DNA of 58,323 bases, filler included, from Sphacelaria rigidula (taxonomy: Eukaryota): NCBI GenBank assembly GCA_964200075.2. It is 10 parts of 10 records of this genome, joined end to end, with 100 filler letters (N's around TTAATTAATTAA, not from the genome) between each part and the next. Parts side by side here need not be neighbours in the genome. Positions count along the whole stretch, not along the records: positions 23,372 to 29,113 come from CAXNAA020024812.1; positions 29,214 to 34,955 come from CAXNAA020024813.1; positions 35,056 to 40,797 come from CAXNAA020024814.1; 7 more parts are not named here. One strand, given 5' to 3'. Below the pieces are notes generated by a model. The model ran no database searches. It was given only the letters and a program-made list of their open reading frames with translations, and was not told the DNA's origin. Of the stretch, positions 26,625 to 38,805 are shown one piece after another (the stretch's first letter is position 1; each line of letters opens with the position of its first letter). The translations under genes were made by a program, and so were the position numbers.

Positions 26625-28057
26625 CAGTCCTGCGTCAAAATCAAATAGGACAATCCAATACTGGCATGGCCGCATATAAGAACCATTTGACAAGCATTCG
26701 GCTGAAATCAGCCTTGAAGTAGACAAAGTTCACACCAGCAGCGGGCCCGACACAAGGAAGCATTGGCCCAGCACGTGGCATCGCTTGCAAGCTTTGCTCA
26801 AGGCGGGATCGTGGGTGTAGATTTCTGACTGCAATAGTGATGATCTCCCGCGCGGGGTGGTCTGAATTGTGGTGCTCGTCATTGGTGCATCTCACGCACA
26901 ATTCAACGCCGATAGGTGGCGACCACGCTCGGGGTACCAGGCCAAAAGGACGCGTTCCGGCTAGTGCACGATGTATTCAATCCACAGAAAAGGGAATCAG
27001 GTCATTTGCTTCAATGAGCAAGTAACATGACACACTTTTGTGCATCCATGCCTTCCACAGCCAATTGCGCCGCCTTCAAGACTGAAAACTTCAGATAAAA
27101 TACGGTATGAAAATGTGTGATGTGCTGCACCCCTCTTTCTGATGTGTGACTACTACAGCACAAAGCTACTGTCTGTACCATACTCGGCAGTGCCATCGTG
27201 TACAGTATTCTGTCGCCTGCAGCTCAATACGGCGTGCATTAGGATCACAACACTAGATGCGCAAGCCCTGTTAATGCCGACATGATTGATGGCATATCGG
27301 TTGGCAGGGCGATGTGGCGAAGCGAAACCCACAGTGCTGGCAAGTACGGTTGTTCCCTTGTCCTCATCTCTCCTGCGCTGCCTCAGGGGCGCAGCGGTTG
27401 CGCCGGTATGGTTTTGTACGAGGATTATGCGGCGTAACTGCAGCTTGTGTATCTTTCGACGGTTGACCGTTGCCATTTTCGAGTTTTGCGCTTCATTTTT
27501 GATAAAGTTCTCGACCGCTGCTGCAGGCACCAACGTGAAACTTGGTGCACCCTTCGGGCACACCACAGCCACTGTATGTACCGGAGGACAGCCACTTTCC
27601 TCCCCCGAGCAAATTGAACGAAGCGAATTCCAGTTTTGGGTAATACCGTCTGTATGGCCTCAAAACGATCACCTGGCGGCCGAGATGTTGAGTACCGTGA
27701 GTGAATGCACATGTAGACGTGATAGCGCACTCATTTCCGCATCGTAACCACCTGGGAGGCTGAAGTGCTCGCAAGAAAGCATAGATCATTTCTGCCGCCG
27801 CCGGTGGATGATGACACTCTATAGAAAACATATGCCGGTATCGACTTTGGAGATGTTCAGGGCAGGAGGCACGGTCATGCGCGCGCTGTCGTCGCTTCTA
27901 TGCCGTGAAACTTTGCTGACATCTCATGTAGACGGCAATCAACAAGTCCATGCCTCTATATCCGGGGTTGGGCGTTGCAGCAGCGCCCTAGGGGGTGAAA
28001 AGAGATCCAAATCTGTTCTTGAATAATAGTTTTGTTTCTTCTTTTGGCGCAGGACTG
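26625..28057. mobile_element. 1433-bp TIR element with a 4-bp TSD (TGAG)
   Basis: TIRs CAGTCCTGCGTCAAAA / TTTTGGCGCAGGACTG. TGAG at 26621-26624 and 28058-28061. It interrupts a repeat whose uninterrupted copies lie at ~10310-10360 and ~11100-11150. Confidence 0.85.
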
Positions 28058-29213
28058 TGAGGTTCTCTTACCCGACACAGAATGATCTAGCTCGACCACC
28101 ATTATTGTTATCGCAAAGAAATCGCACGCGCGCAGAAAACAACCGATAACCTAGTTGCCTAGCTTACGCAGTGAGTGGCGTGTGTTACAGCGTCATCGCC
28201 AACCGACGCCAACCCCATCGGGGGTCCGCCCCTGCAAAGCCGGGACGACGCGCGGATAGTTCTCGCCAGAATAAGCCGCTGGGGAGGGGGGGTGTTCGTG
28301 GGGGACAGGGGTGTATATCCGTAGAGCAGCCGAAAAGGCACACCGAATCAGCCATGCGTGGGGTTTCTCATCACGTTTCTTGGGGGTTTGAGTTGACGTT
28401 TGATGTTTCCTTCCAAATAGTCTTGTTGGACCATCTTGTAGGGCAACCGATCCGTGTTGGTACAAGTATGAAGATTTCAGCCCATAACAGCCGATTTTAT
28501 ATTTTGGGGTTCAACACTAAATTGGGGCTGAAGTCGCATTTCTCTATTGCAGGGAAGATACGAAAGAGTAACACAGAGCGAAAGTATATTTCCCCCCCAA
28601 ACTCCGCAGGAGGACTTGACCGTCAGACCGCGAGAGTAGATCACCTGCTGAATCGGCATCAACGTTCACTTGGAAAAAGTACACGCGTGGTCCAGATGGA
28701 CTACGGGCACCGCGGTCCAAGGGTTAAGCAACTCTGGCTATGTGCACCCAACGAAATGCGGTGTACACCCGTGTCGATGACGATATCACCAGAGGAGAGA
28801 GAAGCAACGACAGAGAGGAAGCTCCTCGCCCGTGCCCTTTGTGTGTCCCCGCTCGGCGATTACCAAACTCTCGAGAGACTAGCATCCTTGATCTTACCAG
28901 CATGTGCCAATTTTTTCCTATGCCAGAGCATCGACGTACGGAGAAATCCCGTAGTCTCTTCTTGTCTGTCGCCAACGCGAACATCGATTTCTCTCTGCCT
29001 CTCCTTTTGGACAGGACGTGCCTCTGTGCGCTGAAAACCATGTTGAAAAAATAGAGCAATGTTCCCGTCACCGCTGCTACTGTTCTCTGTCACACACACA
29101 TGCCAGCAAGGACNNNNNNNNNNNNNNNNNNNNNNNNNNNNNNNNNNNNNNNNNNNNTTAATTAATTAANNNNNNNNNNNNNNNNNNNNNNNNNNNNNNN
29201 NNNNNNNNNNNNN

Positions 29214-29358
29214 TTCGGATACCCACGACATAGTCGCTCTCCACTGTTGGGTATGGTGTGAGAGAAATTCCAGTTCGTGTTACTTCATCGAGATTCGAAC
29301 CAACGACCCAACCGTCAGAAGGATTCGAGGGTACCAATTAGGCCACTGGGACGACCGA
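29214..29358 (-). mobile_element. Diverged tRNA-derived SINE head and body
   Basis: Homologous to 22570-22695 (GATTCGAACC..CGACCCAA.CGTCA.AAGG). Confidence 0.7.
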
Positions 29359-29744
29359 CCACTACTACTGGGTATTGTTCTTATTTTCGTTATTTTGTAT
29401 TTTGAAGACAGAGAGTCACGTACTGGCAAGACAGGAGACGTTCACAGAGCAAGGCCAGAGTTTTAATTTTGTTTTGCGAATTCCGCGTTCCTTCTGCGGT
29501 ACTTGCCTTTCATTATATTCGTGAGAAGAGTTCTTCAGAGGTCCCTTCCCCTCTGTGTGTGTTGCCATGCCATGTATTCTGGACGCCAGTCCGCACCTTT
29601 CGGTATATGTGGGCGGATCGGCCGCGGTCACACAGGAGGAAGGCCAACACAGGAGGTTTTTCTCTTCTATTTGTTTCTAGTACCCTACCTTCCTTCTGGG
29701 GAGTTTGTCAGCAATCTCTACGCTATATTTTTGTGTGTACCCCT

Positions 29745-30105
29745 GTATGGCTGCACAGATTTTTGAAATCGTTCTGTACACGAACGGTCATTTTCTGGGC
29801 GGGTGTGGTATCACAGTGAAGCCAAAGAACAGGGAGGCAGGGAATCATCCTTCAAGAGCAGCGTCGTACCATGGTACTCTAGGGTATGATGCAGTGCAGT
29901 ACACTCCACAATCACAGTACACGATAATGCCCTGTGGTAACACATGATGGTACAGTCGGTATTGCGAGAACAGTGCACAGTGTGCGGCAAGGGTTAACGA
30001 GTGCGGTGTCATTCATCACCCTGCAAGTACCGCGATAGCAGAGTGCTGGATTATACAATACCGTTCGTCATGATCATACATAAATCAGTACAGTGCAGGG
30101 TAAAA
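29745..30105 (+). repeat. Dispersed repeat shared with 52120-52481
   Basis: Collinear blocks CACAGATTT.TGAAA..GTTCTGTACAC, TAATGCC.TGTGGT and GTCGGTATTGCGAGAACAG occur in both places. Confidence 0.7.
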
Positions 30106-30490
30106 AATTGCCATCACCGCAGGTACGGCGTCAACACGTCTTATCCGCTTGCCAAACCCCGGGCGGAGCTGCTCCAGCAGCCGGCGCTTGCAGGCACTGT
30201 CTGTGCTGTCACGAGACTGTCTGCTGCTGGTGTTTCAAAAATACCAAACGCCTGTTGCCGTGTCATTGTGCGTCAACATACGTACTCCAGTTGCTACAGA
30301 TTCGGGGGGCCTCGATTTTCCACGGATCTGGGCTCAGATTCGTGTAAAACCGTTCTGAAATCGTGACAAACGAATCTGAGCTTCCCCGATTTGGTTCAAA
30401 TTGGGGCCCATACAATGCATTTCCGGACTGAGGTCCCCTGATCTGCGTACAGATCCGTTTTTTCGACTGCCATACAAAGTGGTCTGAGTA

Positions 30491-30701
30491 GAGGTATCTC
30501 AAACTCGGCTCCCGGTATCCTGGTTTGTTTTGTTCTATTATTTCAAGTGAAAGTGATGCCGATTCATCAGATGATGAGACCGTTTGACTGCCAGGTCAGG
30601 TCCTCTCATGAATCGCGATCACTTTCACTCGGAAAAACCTTGCACAACTCAGACCCAGGGAATACTACACCATTATACCGGGAGCCGAGTTTTGATACCT
30701 C
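30491..30701. mobile_element. MITE with GAGGTATC TIR (same family as 4130-4755)
   Basis: GAGGTATCTCAAACTCGGCTCCCGGTAT ... ATACCGGGAGCCGAGTTTTGATACCTC. Confidence 0.75.
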
Positions 30702-31399
30702 TGGTAGTAGGAGAGAAGTCTGGAAATTTCAACGACTTAACCCTTAGACCACGAGATTAGTCTTTCTGGATCATGCATCCTTTTCTTCACTTGAAATTGA
30801 TGCCGATTCAACAGAAGACTCACCTCGCGGTCCAAGGGTTGAACACATGACTGACCTCGGACTGACGGACGTTACAGGTCTACAACGCAATAGCTCCAAC
30901 CCAACGCGACGAAACACGCCACACGTGCAGCACACCTGGTTTCACGTGGGGGCATTTTTGTGGACAGAACACGCCACAAGCGCAGCACGGCTGGTTTTAC
31001 GCGAACGAACAACCGGCATTTACTCAGTGCCATACTTGCCGGAGAAACCCGCTCATGTTGGGACGGTGGTGCTAGCTGAAAGGAATCGGTGGGCCTAACC
31101 ATGAGCGGTACGATAAAATGGTGAGGAGTTACTAGATTGATTGACGGCGGTTGTCATGACTTGGTCGGGCTTCCTCTGCTTGCAAACAGAGTTGTTGTCC
31201 ACTGGGGTACTGTCGCCCGCAACCAATGATGCAGTTTTCAATCCACCATGCACAAGAGGGACCATGCATCATATCGCGCGCATCATATCGCATCATATCG
31301 CGCGCGCCGCACACGACACGGCAGCGGACCAGCGAAACGAACCCCCCACACAGACGGACGAATGTCCACCAGCAGGCTATAACTCGTCGTACGCGATTG

Positions 31400-31680
31400 G
31401 CATCTATTATGTTCTATTTTTTTCGCCTCTCGCTACTTATGGTCTCTTCGAAACGTCTATGTTTTTTCTTTTTCGGCTCTCGCTGTTTGCTGTCTGTTCT
31501 CTTGGTCTCTTGAAAGTGAACTATTCTGTTCTATTTTTTGGGGGCTCTCGCTGTTGAAACGTCCACTCTGTTCCATTATTTCGGCTCTCTCTGTTCGTGG
31601 TTCGCTGTTGAAGCGTCTATTCTGTTCTATTTTTTTCGGCTCTCGCTGCTGTTTGTGGTCTCTTTTTTTGCTGCTCCTGA
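31400..31680. repeat. Degenerate T-rich tandem repeat (CTATTCTGTTCTATTTTTT..GGCTCTCGCTG)
   Basis: The motif recurs about five times at irregular spacing. Confidence 0.6.
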
Positions 31681-33607
31681 CCTCTTTTGCTGCCACTGAC
31701 CGCGTGGTTTTTTATTTCAATTAGTGTTCCGAAAAGGATCACACGCTTACTTGATTCCAGTATGGAGCGGCGGATCATTTTGCTTGCTTGATCCCAGTAT
31801 GGAGCGGAGGATCATTTTCCCTAATAATATTAGGAAAATATATAGGATAACAGTAATAACAATAACAATAACAATAACAATACTACTAGTGATAATAATA
31901 CTACTGATAACAAGAAAACAGTCAACAAAAGCGAAGCACAGAAAGAAATGGCCGACCTAAACAAAAAAAAAAGAAGAGGAAAGAGAAGAGCGAAAAAGGA
32001 ATAAAAAATTCAAAAGGAAAAGCTCGAGGGATTTAGGGCAGTAAAGTAAACACAAACACACAGCAGTGGGCACCGCAGAACCACCGACTAAGGACAAAAT
32101 CAAAAACCGATATGATGAGCAAACGATATAGGTTAAAATTGACGGCCTCGACATCCCACCGGGAAGTGAGTGTGCGAGCCTCGCCGCTTATCCCCTCTAG
32201 CGCCGGAGGTGTCCATTTGTGCAATCGCGTGTGTCGAATGTTGAGTATTGGTGTATGTCTAGATATTTCTATATGATGTTACGTGCGGAAGGTTCCGATA
32301 AACCCCCCTGAGGTAGTTGGGGTACTGTACTGTCGTGCCCGCGAATTATTCCCTTGGGCACATGCTTTAAAATCATCGTTATTGTACGACAGTCGACACG
32401 GAGCACGTTTTTCATTCATTGAGAATAGATGAGGAAGGAAGTGTACGCAGCCCCCCCAAACCTTGCTCCCCCTTTTTGTTCGATGCCGCCTTGTTTTTCT
32501 CTCGGGCTGCGAGTAGCTCCCACGGTCCTGGATCAATGGACACCGGTTATCCAGGGAATAGATGAATGAAGATTGACTTGGTCACCATCGATGATGAACA
32601 GCCTGCTCATGCATGAGTTCAAGCAACCCTTAGCATCCTGCTCGCACGTGCGTTCTGAACCAACTCTTGCCGACCGTTCCGCCAAAACCCGCAGGAACAC
32701 CAGACTACAAGGCACCAGAGATGGTGTCACCACTCGTCGGTAGAGTCCGGTACTGGTTGCCAGTCGATGTCTGGAGTATGGGCATTTGCCTGTACAGGAT
32801 GATGTGTGGGTGAGTAGGGAAATACAATGGTAAAGGGACACGGGCGTTCGGGTCGGGCATACGAACAGGGCGAGGCAGGGTGAGCAGGGGTGGGCAACAG
32901 CTTATGTGCACAGCGTCGTGAAACGAAAACGTGGGTGGGTTTTTGCCGTTTGTCGTACGTTTTCAGCCTGAAGTACTGGGCAAAGGTTCCACCACTTGAC
33001 TTATTATAGCCGAAGGTTGATTCCTAACATTTTGCTCTGTAATATTTGCCTCGCTGCAGGTACGACGGACGGCGTGCGACAAAGTTAGAGGGCCCTCGTC
33101 CCCGGGGGCGGGCTTACTATTTTCCGTAGCTTCACAATCACTTACCGTTGCACTACTTTGTGTTTGTCTTGTCTTCCAATGGCATGGCGACGCACTAATT
33201 CAACGCAGGGCGACTCTCATCACTACTGACAGAATCAACTGAACAGTAGTACGCACGGATCTCTCACCAAATGCTTCTCCTGTCGCGTATTTTGAACTCC
33301 CTATACAACAATGAACACGAGCCTTCTGCGCCGCAGGGTATGGCATGGAGTACCCACATAACTTCCATTTGCCTCCGCCGTAAACGAGCGTTGCAGCAGA
33401 TAAACGTTGGCACCACTGAAACCCTTTCAACGGGTACATACTATTCGCTGAGACGCGCACATCCGTCATACATGAGCACTCGGAGTTCGTACCGCTTATA
33501 CCCGTATCCTCCTTCTCTCTGGTCCTGCATCAGCGAGCTGCCCTTCACTGGTTCAAACCGGACATCGTTGAACCGGAGCATTACCAATGATGAAGCCAAG
33601 CCCATAG

Positions 33608-33687
33608 CGACCCAAAGCTTGGAATTAAACGACCTAATCAAAAGAATGCTGGACAAAGACCCCCACGAGAGACCGACTGCTCAGCAG
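33608..33687 (+). CDS. Probable internal exon of a Ser/Thr protein kinase (subdomain XI)
   Basis: Encodes TQSLELNDLIKRMLDKDPHERPTAQQ, matching the DLIxxMLxxDPxxRPTA pattern. |GTGCGA donor at 33688; the CATAG| acceptor is less certain. Confidence 0.7.
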
Positions 33688-33895
33688 GTGCGATGACAAC
33701 ACGAACACCGCTACCGCGTTACTAGGCCTGCAGTCAGCATTATGGTTCACGCCACGAGATACCCGAAAAAACGTTGAAAAGCACCGTCGATATATTGAAT
33801 GCCGTTTGTTGAACGTGAGACTGCGGTGACAGAATTGCCAAGTAGCCTTCAAGTGCTGTTGATTGGTTTAACAGAGGGCTTCAGCTCGTCTATCA

Positions 33896-34123
33896 TGTAC
33901 ACGTTGTAATGCGTGGGAGGACCACGTGCTTTTTGGACCGCATCGGAGTTTTAGCATCCCTGTGGTTAGGGTCAGGGTCAGGGTTAGTGTCAGGATTACG
34001 ATCAGGGGAGCGGTCCAGTAGGGACTGGCTAGAGCGGTCTTGAAAAATGCCGATCCTGGGGTGTTGAAATTCCGATGCGGTCCGGAACGCACGCGGTCCT
34101 CCCACGGATTACAAGCTTGTTCA
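33896..34123. mobile_element. MITE with ~65-bp inverted arms and an internal telomere-like (TTAGGG/TCAGGG) tract
   Basis: TTGTAATGCGTGGGAGGACC..GGACCGCATCGGA versus TCCGATGCGGTCC..GGTCCTCCCACGGATTACAA; GGTTAGGGTCAGGGTCAGGGTTAG at ~33964-33987. Partial copy at ~34830-34890. Confidence 0.75.
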
Positions 34124-36244
34124 TCTGTATCTTGAATCTCATGTATCATCATATGTGTATATCGTGCTAAAATCCAGAAATAGTGGGGTACACTGTGATA
34201 TCCCGAAGTCCCCATGCAAACCTTCAGCAGGCCACAGAAGTAATGAGGAAATGAGACTTGGCAAGTTCCAAGCAAATCTAGCACAACTGCAAGGCAAGAA
34301 AAAGGGCATCTCGTTACTGGTGGGAAATATTGGCTGTCGACGGCTGTACCGTTCTTCGATGATACGTTGCCTTGGCAAACCTCTACGTGGCAGATGCCGC
34401 GCGACGTCTTACGATTATTCCCATTCTCGTGTTGGTTTATGTTACTTTGAAGCGAATGTACGGGAAGGTGGCGCGAGAAAGCGTTGGTGAAGTGTTCCAA
34501 GCCTCGGAGACCATTCAGGATGACGCCCGACTAGAAGATGCTCGTGGTACCAGGGCTAAGCTGTTTCTCCGAGTATCACTTTTCGACGACTGGCGTTATA
34601 CTCTTTTCCCGTTTTCTTGGGATGCGTTGTGCCTCTTTCATGGAAATAATCCCCTCTCTGCCGTACGTAGACGTCATAAACAAGTATCGTGGGAGATAGA
34701 TCTGCCTGGGGATTAAGAGGCTCCGAAACAACTACTAATACTCAAGCATTGTCTTCATTTTAGTGGGAAAGCGAACTTGCAGGGCGCAATCATGCATTCA
34801 AACGGACTAGGTACGCACCCATTCGTAAACCTGTAAAGCATGTTGGGACCGCGTGCTTGTTGGACCGCATCAGAAGTTGAACGCCCCAGTACGACACTTT
34901 CTACGATAGCCCCCCCCAAAACCAGCTAAAATTGTCACGAAAAAAATGGCCATACNNNNNNNNNNNNNNNNNNNNNNNNNNNNNNNNNNNNNNNNNNNNT
35001 TAATTAATTAANNNNNNNNNNNNNNNNNNNNNNNNNNNNNNNNNNNNNNNNNNNNGACGTCAATGGTCGGTAAGCACACTGCCCTGGAGACCGCCCCGGG
35101 TTGGTGCCCAGACATTCGTGCGGGGGGGGCGTCGAGGGCTCTGCTGAGCCCGCCGATCCAATACCCACCGTACCATCTACAGTCGCCCCCCGCACATCCA
35201 CGCCTATCCTATCAGCAGGCGCCATTTTCTGGCGCCGCCCACCACTACGGCCCCAGTGAACCTTACGCAGCGGGGGGCATTGAGGGAGGCGACAACGAAA
35301 TACCCGCGGCGGCGGCAGAGGAGGAGGCCGAGGAGGTCCCGGGAGAGGCAGTGGCCGGGGCTCAGGAGCACCACCCCAGTGCCAAAAATGCACGGACGCG
35401 GGTCAACCCGCGAACCATTCATACGTTCACTGCCCGCTAACAGTCTGTTGACAGTGCACGAAACCAGGACACCTCGCTAAGCACTGCCCTGGATGATATC
35501 GTAGAATTGAAGTCTGATTTGTTAAGATAGTATAGGTTTACGACACCCTGTTTGCGGTAGCTTCCGCCACAGGACGCTCGGGAACGCGCCGACTCTGGCC
35601 TGCACATATTCTGTTTCATAGGTTAATAGGCGAGACATATCTTGCATAACGTTTCCAAGAGATGAAATGAACATGAATTGAATACTGTTTGCTGCTCTGT
35701 TGCCCCGATAGCGAGCTCGGCTCGGGTTATTTGTACCCCGCGACACATGATGACGCCCGGTTCGGCGACAGGCCGAACGAACCCCCCCGTGTATTGCAGC
35801 ATACCCGAGCGGGAGTTTTACCTTTACCCGCAACAGACGATCATTACACACTCTCCTCTCGAAACACCACACCCCGCGCAGCCTGCTTATGTCCTCTGTA
35901 TCTTATATGTGTACTGGACAGAATACTAAGCCGCGGTAACCCAGCCCACTACAGTTGACCCCAAAGTGTCATGTTCACCCTCCAGATGAACTGAGTGCCG
36001 GATGATCTGCAAAATGTCATCATCCGACATAACGCAGCCCCAATGCCCCGCCTGCACCCCTTTGAACCTCGCTTTCACTCGTGGCTTGGACTCTGGTGCG
36101 CAGTGGGATACGTGGAAGCGCTCGCTTTGAAGAAAAAAAAATGAAAAAAAAATGAAATTTCTGTTGGGTCCAAAAATATCTATACATACACGACGCGTCC
36201 GTCCAATAATTTTGTATTTGATTGTATGCTATACGCGTCTACAG

Positions 36245-38525
36245 GACCAACCAGGCCTGATAGCTTTTCTGGCAGAAAGATCCAGACGTACGAACGCGGT
36301 TCATACATATTTTCGTACGGACCAAACGGATATACAAGGAAATCGAGCTTCAGCCCATAGCGAGTGCATGATCCAGGATCCCTCTGCGGACCAGATCCAG
36401 GAAGGTTGGAAATCAGGAGAACCGCCCCAAGCCCCCCGACAAACCCCCGTATACAACGAGAAAGACTTTGTTCCAGGACATCTGAGCACGCCAGTCCCGT
36501 TCTGGAAAGATGTTATTCTGAAGGACCACATGCAACCCGACTTGTTATTGTCGTGGATTAACGGTGTAGACGTACACACATTCGTCGAAAAATCAGCGAC
36601 AGGAAGTTTCCAAGGACGCCCCTTTCACGGCGCCTACCTGACGGGTGTGGAGTTACCCAACCACGTGAACCCAGAACACGAAGTGGGTGTCGACTACGAG
36701 ATCAGAAAACTTGTCGACAAAGGCTGCGCGGTGCGATGGGCGGAGATAGCAGACGTTCACGCGCAACCCAAGCCACGCATGTCTCTCCCGCTTGGAGTAG
36801 AATCGTCGAAACCACGCTTAATATGGGACGGCCGTTGGCTGAACCCCATGTGCAAGGATATGCTCTTCAAGATGGACGGAGTAGAAAAGGTGGCCCAGTG
36901 CTCGTGGTAAGGTGCTTACCAAGTTACGATGGACCACAAATTAGGTTTCCACCATGTATCCCTCGACTCCACATCATGGGAATACTTCGATTTTCAGTGG
37001 GAGGGCGAATATTACGTTTGGACTGTCCTCTGTTTTGGTTGGTGCATTCCCCCCTACATCTACCACACACTGAGCGAGGCGGTGGCACAGTACCTGCGAT
37101 CCCGGAAAGTACCAGTACTGGCATGGATCGACGATTTCTGGCTGACGGGAGTCCGCTCGACCAAGCATGACCCACCTCACACGCAGAAACAGGCAGCAAG
37201 TTCAGCAGCCCTCCTGGCGCTGTCAGTCTTCTATCATTGTGGATACTTCATGTCCATCTCCAAATGCCAGCTAGAACCCACCACAAACATTGTCCCATTG
37301 GGGATTCTGTGCGACACAGACGAATGCCGATTTGAAGTCCCCGACGATAAGCTCGCCAAGTTAGAGCGCATCTTAGACGATGCCCTCGCTACCGGAACCA
37401 TCACGTTCACCATGCTTGAGAAGCTGGCGGGAAAGTGCACGAGCATGTCGATTGCCGTACCAGCAGCCAGTTTGTGCACGTTCCACATGTACAAACATAT
37501 CGCGATATACAGAAAGACCGGAGGAAAACATATCACATCTACGGTAGCGCTCTCTGTCAATGGTGGTCTTCGAAACGAGATAGCCTCATGGCGGGAACTC
37601 CGAAACAAGATGATTGGGGCGGCATGGTACAGCCCCAGTCACCACATCATCGCCATAAACGGCGCGACAGACGCATCCTCACTGGCATGGGTGGGTATCG
37701 TTCGAGGCCCCTCCGGCGTCATCTTTACAGCGGCCGCCGACTTTCCCGCCGAATGGGTGACAGCGCATATCAATGTCAAGGAAACGATCGCTCTACACGA
37801 AGTCCTGAGACTGTTCTGCTTAAAACAAGCTGATCAAGTTGCGGAGACTAGATGTCGATAACAAAACCATGTACCATGCCTTCAGGAAAAATAAAGCGAG
37901 GGACGAACGCATGCCCACACTCATCCAACAGCTTTTCTGGATGCAAGTCAGACAAGACTTCACACTCACATTACGATGGGTAGACTCAAAGAGTAACTCA
38001 GAAGCAGAAAGTCTTTCAAGACCAGGAGCCAACAAGCACGTGCGGATGAGAGCAGAATATTTTGACCAGTTATGGTTCTAGTGGGGCGGGCTCGACATGG
38101 GCTTGATAGCATCCACAGCGTCAGCCCAGAAGATTCAAATGAATGCACCGGGTGGAAGAACTGCTCTGCCTTTTTACTCGAGATACCATACAGCAGGATC
38201 ACACGGAGTGGACGTTCTTAGGTATGACGTTAGCCGCTCGTCATGTCGCACGCGGAAATGCTTCGGATTTTGTTTCCCCCCCTCAGCGATGGTCGGAGTA
38301 GTGCTTCAGCACATCGCAGATTGCCACGCCCGTGCGGTGGTAGTGGTTTCAGCGCGACCGGCGTCGTGGTATCCTATGCTTACTGAAGCAGCCGTACGTA
38401 CCAAAGTCGTATCTAGAAAAGGGGAAAAAAGGCAGTTTTTTCGTACCCACCATCAACGAGGACAGGAAGCGTTCGTATTTCATGAATGGGACATGCACGC
38501 AGTTGAAGTAGATTTTCAAGCCTGA
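36245..38525 (+). pseudogene. pol: reverse transcriptase, RNase H and DIRS methyltransferase-like domain
   Basis: RT: KPRLIWDGRWLN, MDHKLGFHHV, VLCFGW, WIDDF. RNase H: TDASS, HINVKE, DVDNKT, WVDSKSNSEAESLSR. C-terminal domain: FYSRY, GVDV, FCFPP, ASWYPML. Stops at 36908 and 38079, frameshift near 37845. Confidence 0.92.
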
Positions 38526-38805
38526 TGGATTAATGATATCCGGCCCGACTCTTCATTGAAACAGTTTCACCAGAGATGCTCTGCCCTCCAAGACGGAAAA
38601 TACCACACGACGAGTATCCGAGAACCACCTGACGCATGCTCTTATCGCGCGACCATTTCAATACATCCAGGCGCTCCTAAGGCTCCTTGCTCTGGTGCAA
38701 CCGTTACTAGCACGGATAAGAACGATGCTCGCCCACCCAGGCCACAAGCGCAACCCGCCCAGCCACAGCTCGATTATGACCTGAGTCTCCGCCTCGCGAG
38801 CGAGA

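Noticed and set aside
33059..33110. Possible extra kinase exon (CAG|G-YDGRRA...)
   Set aside because: It does not continue into the expected DxWSxG motif, and there is no clear donor; too weak.
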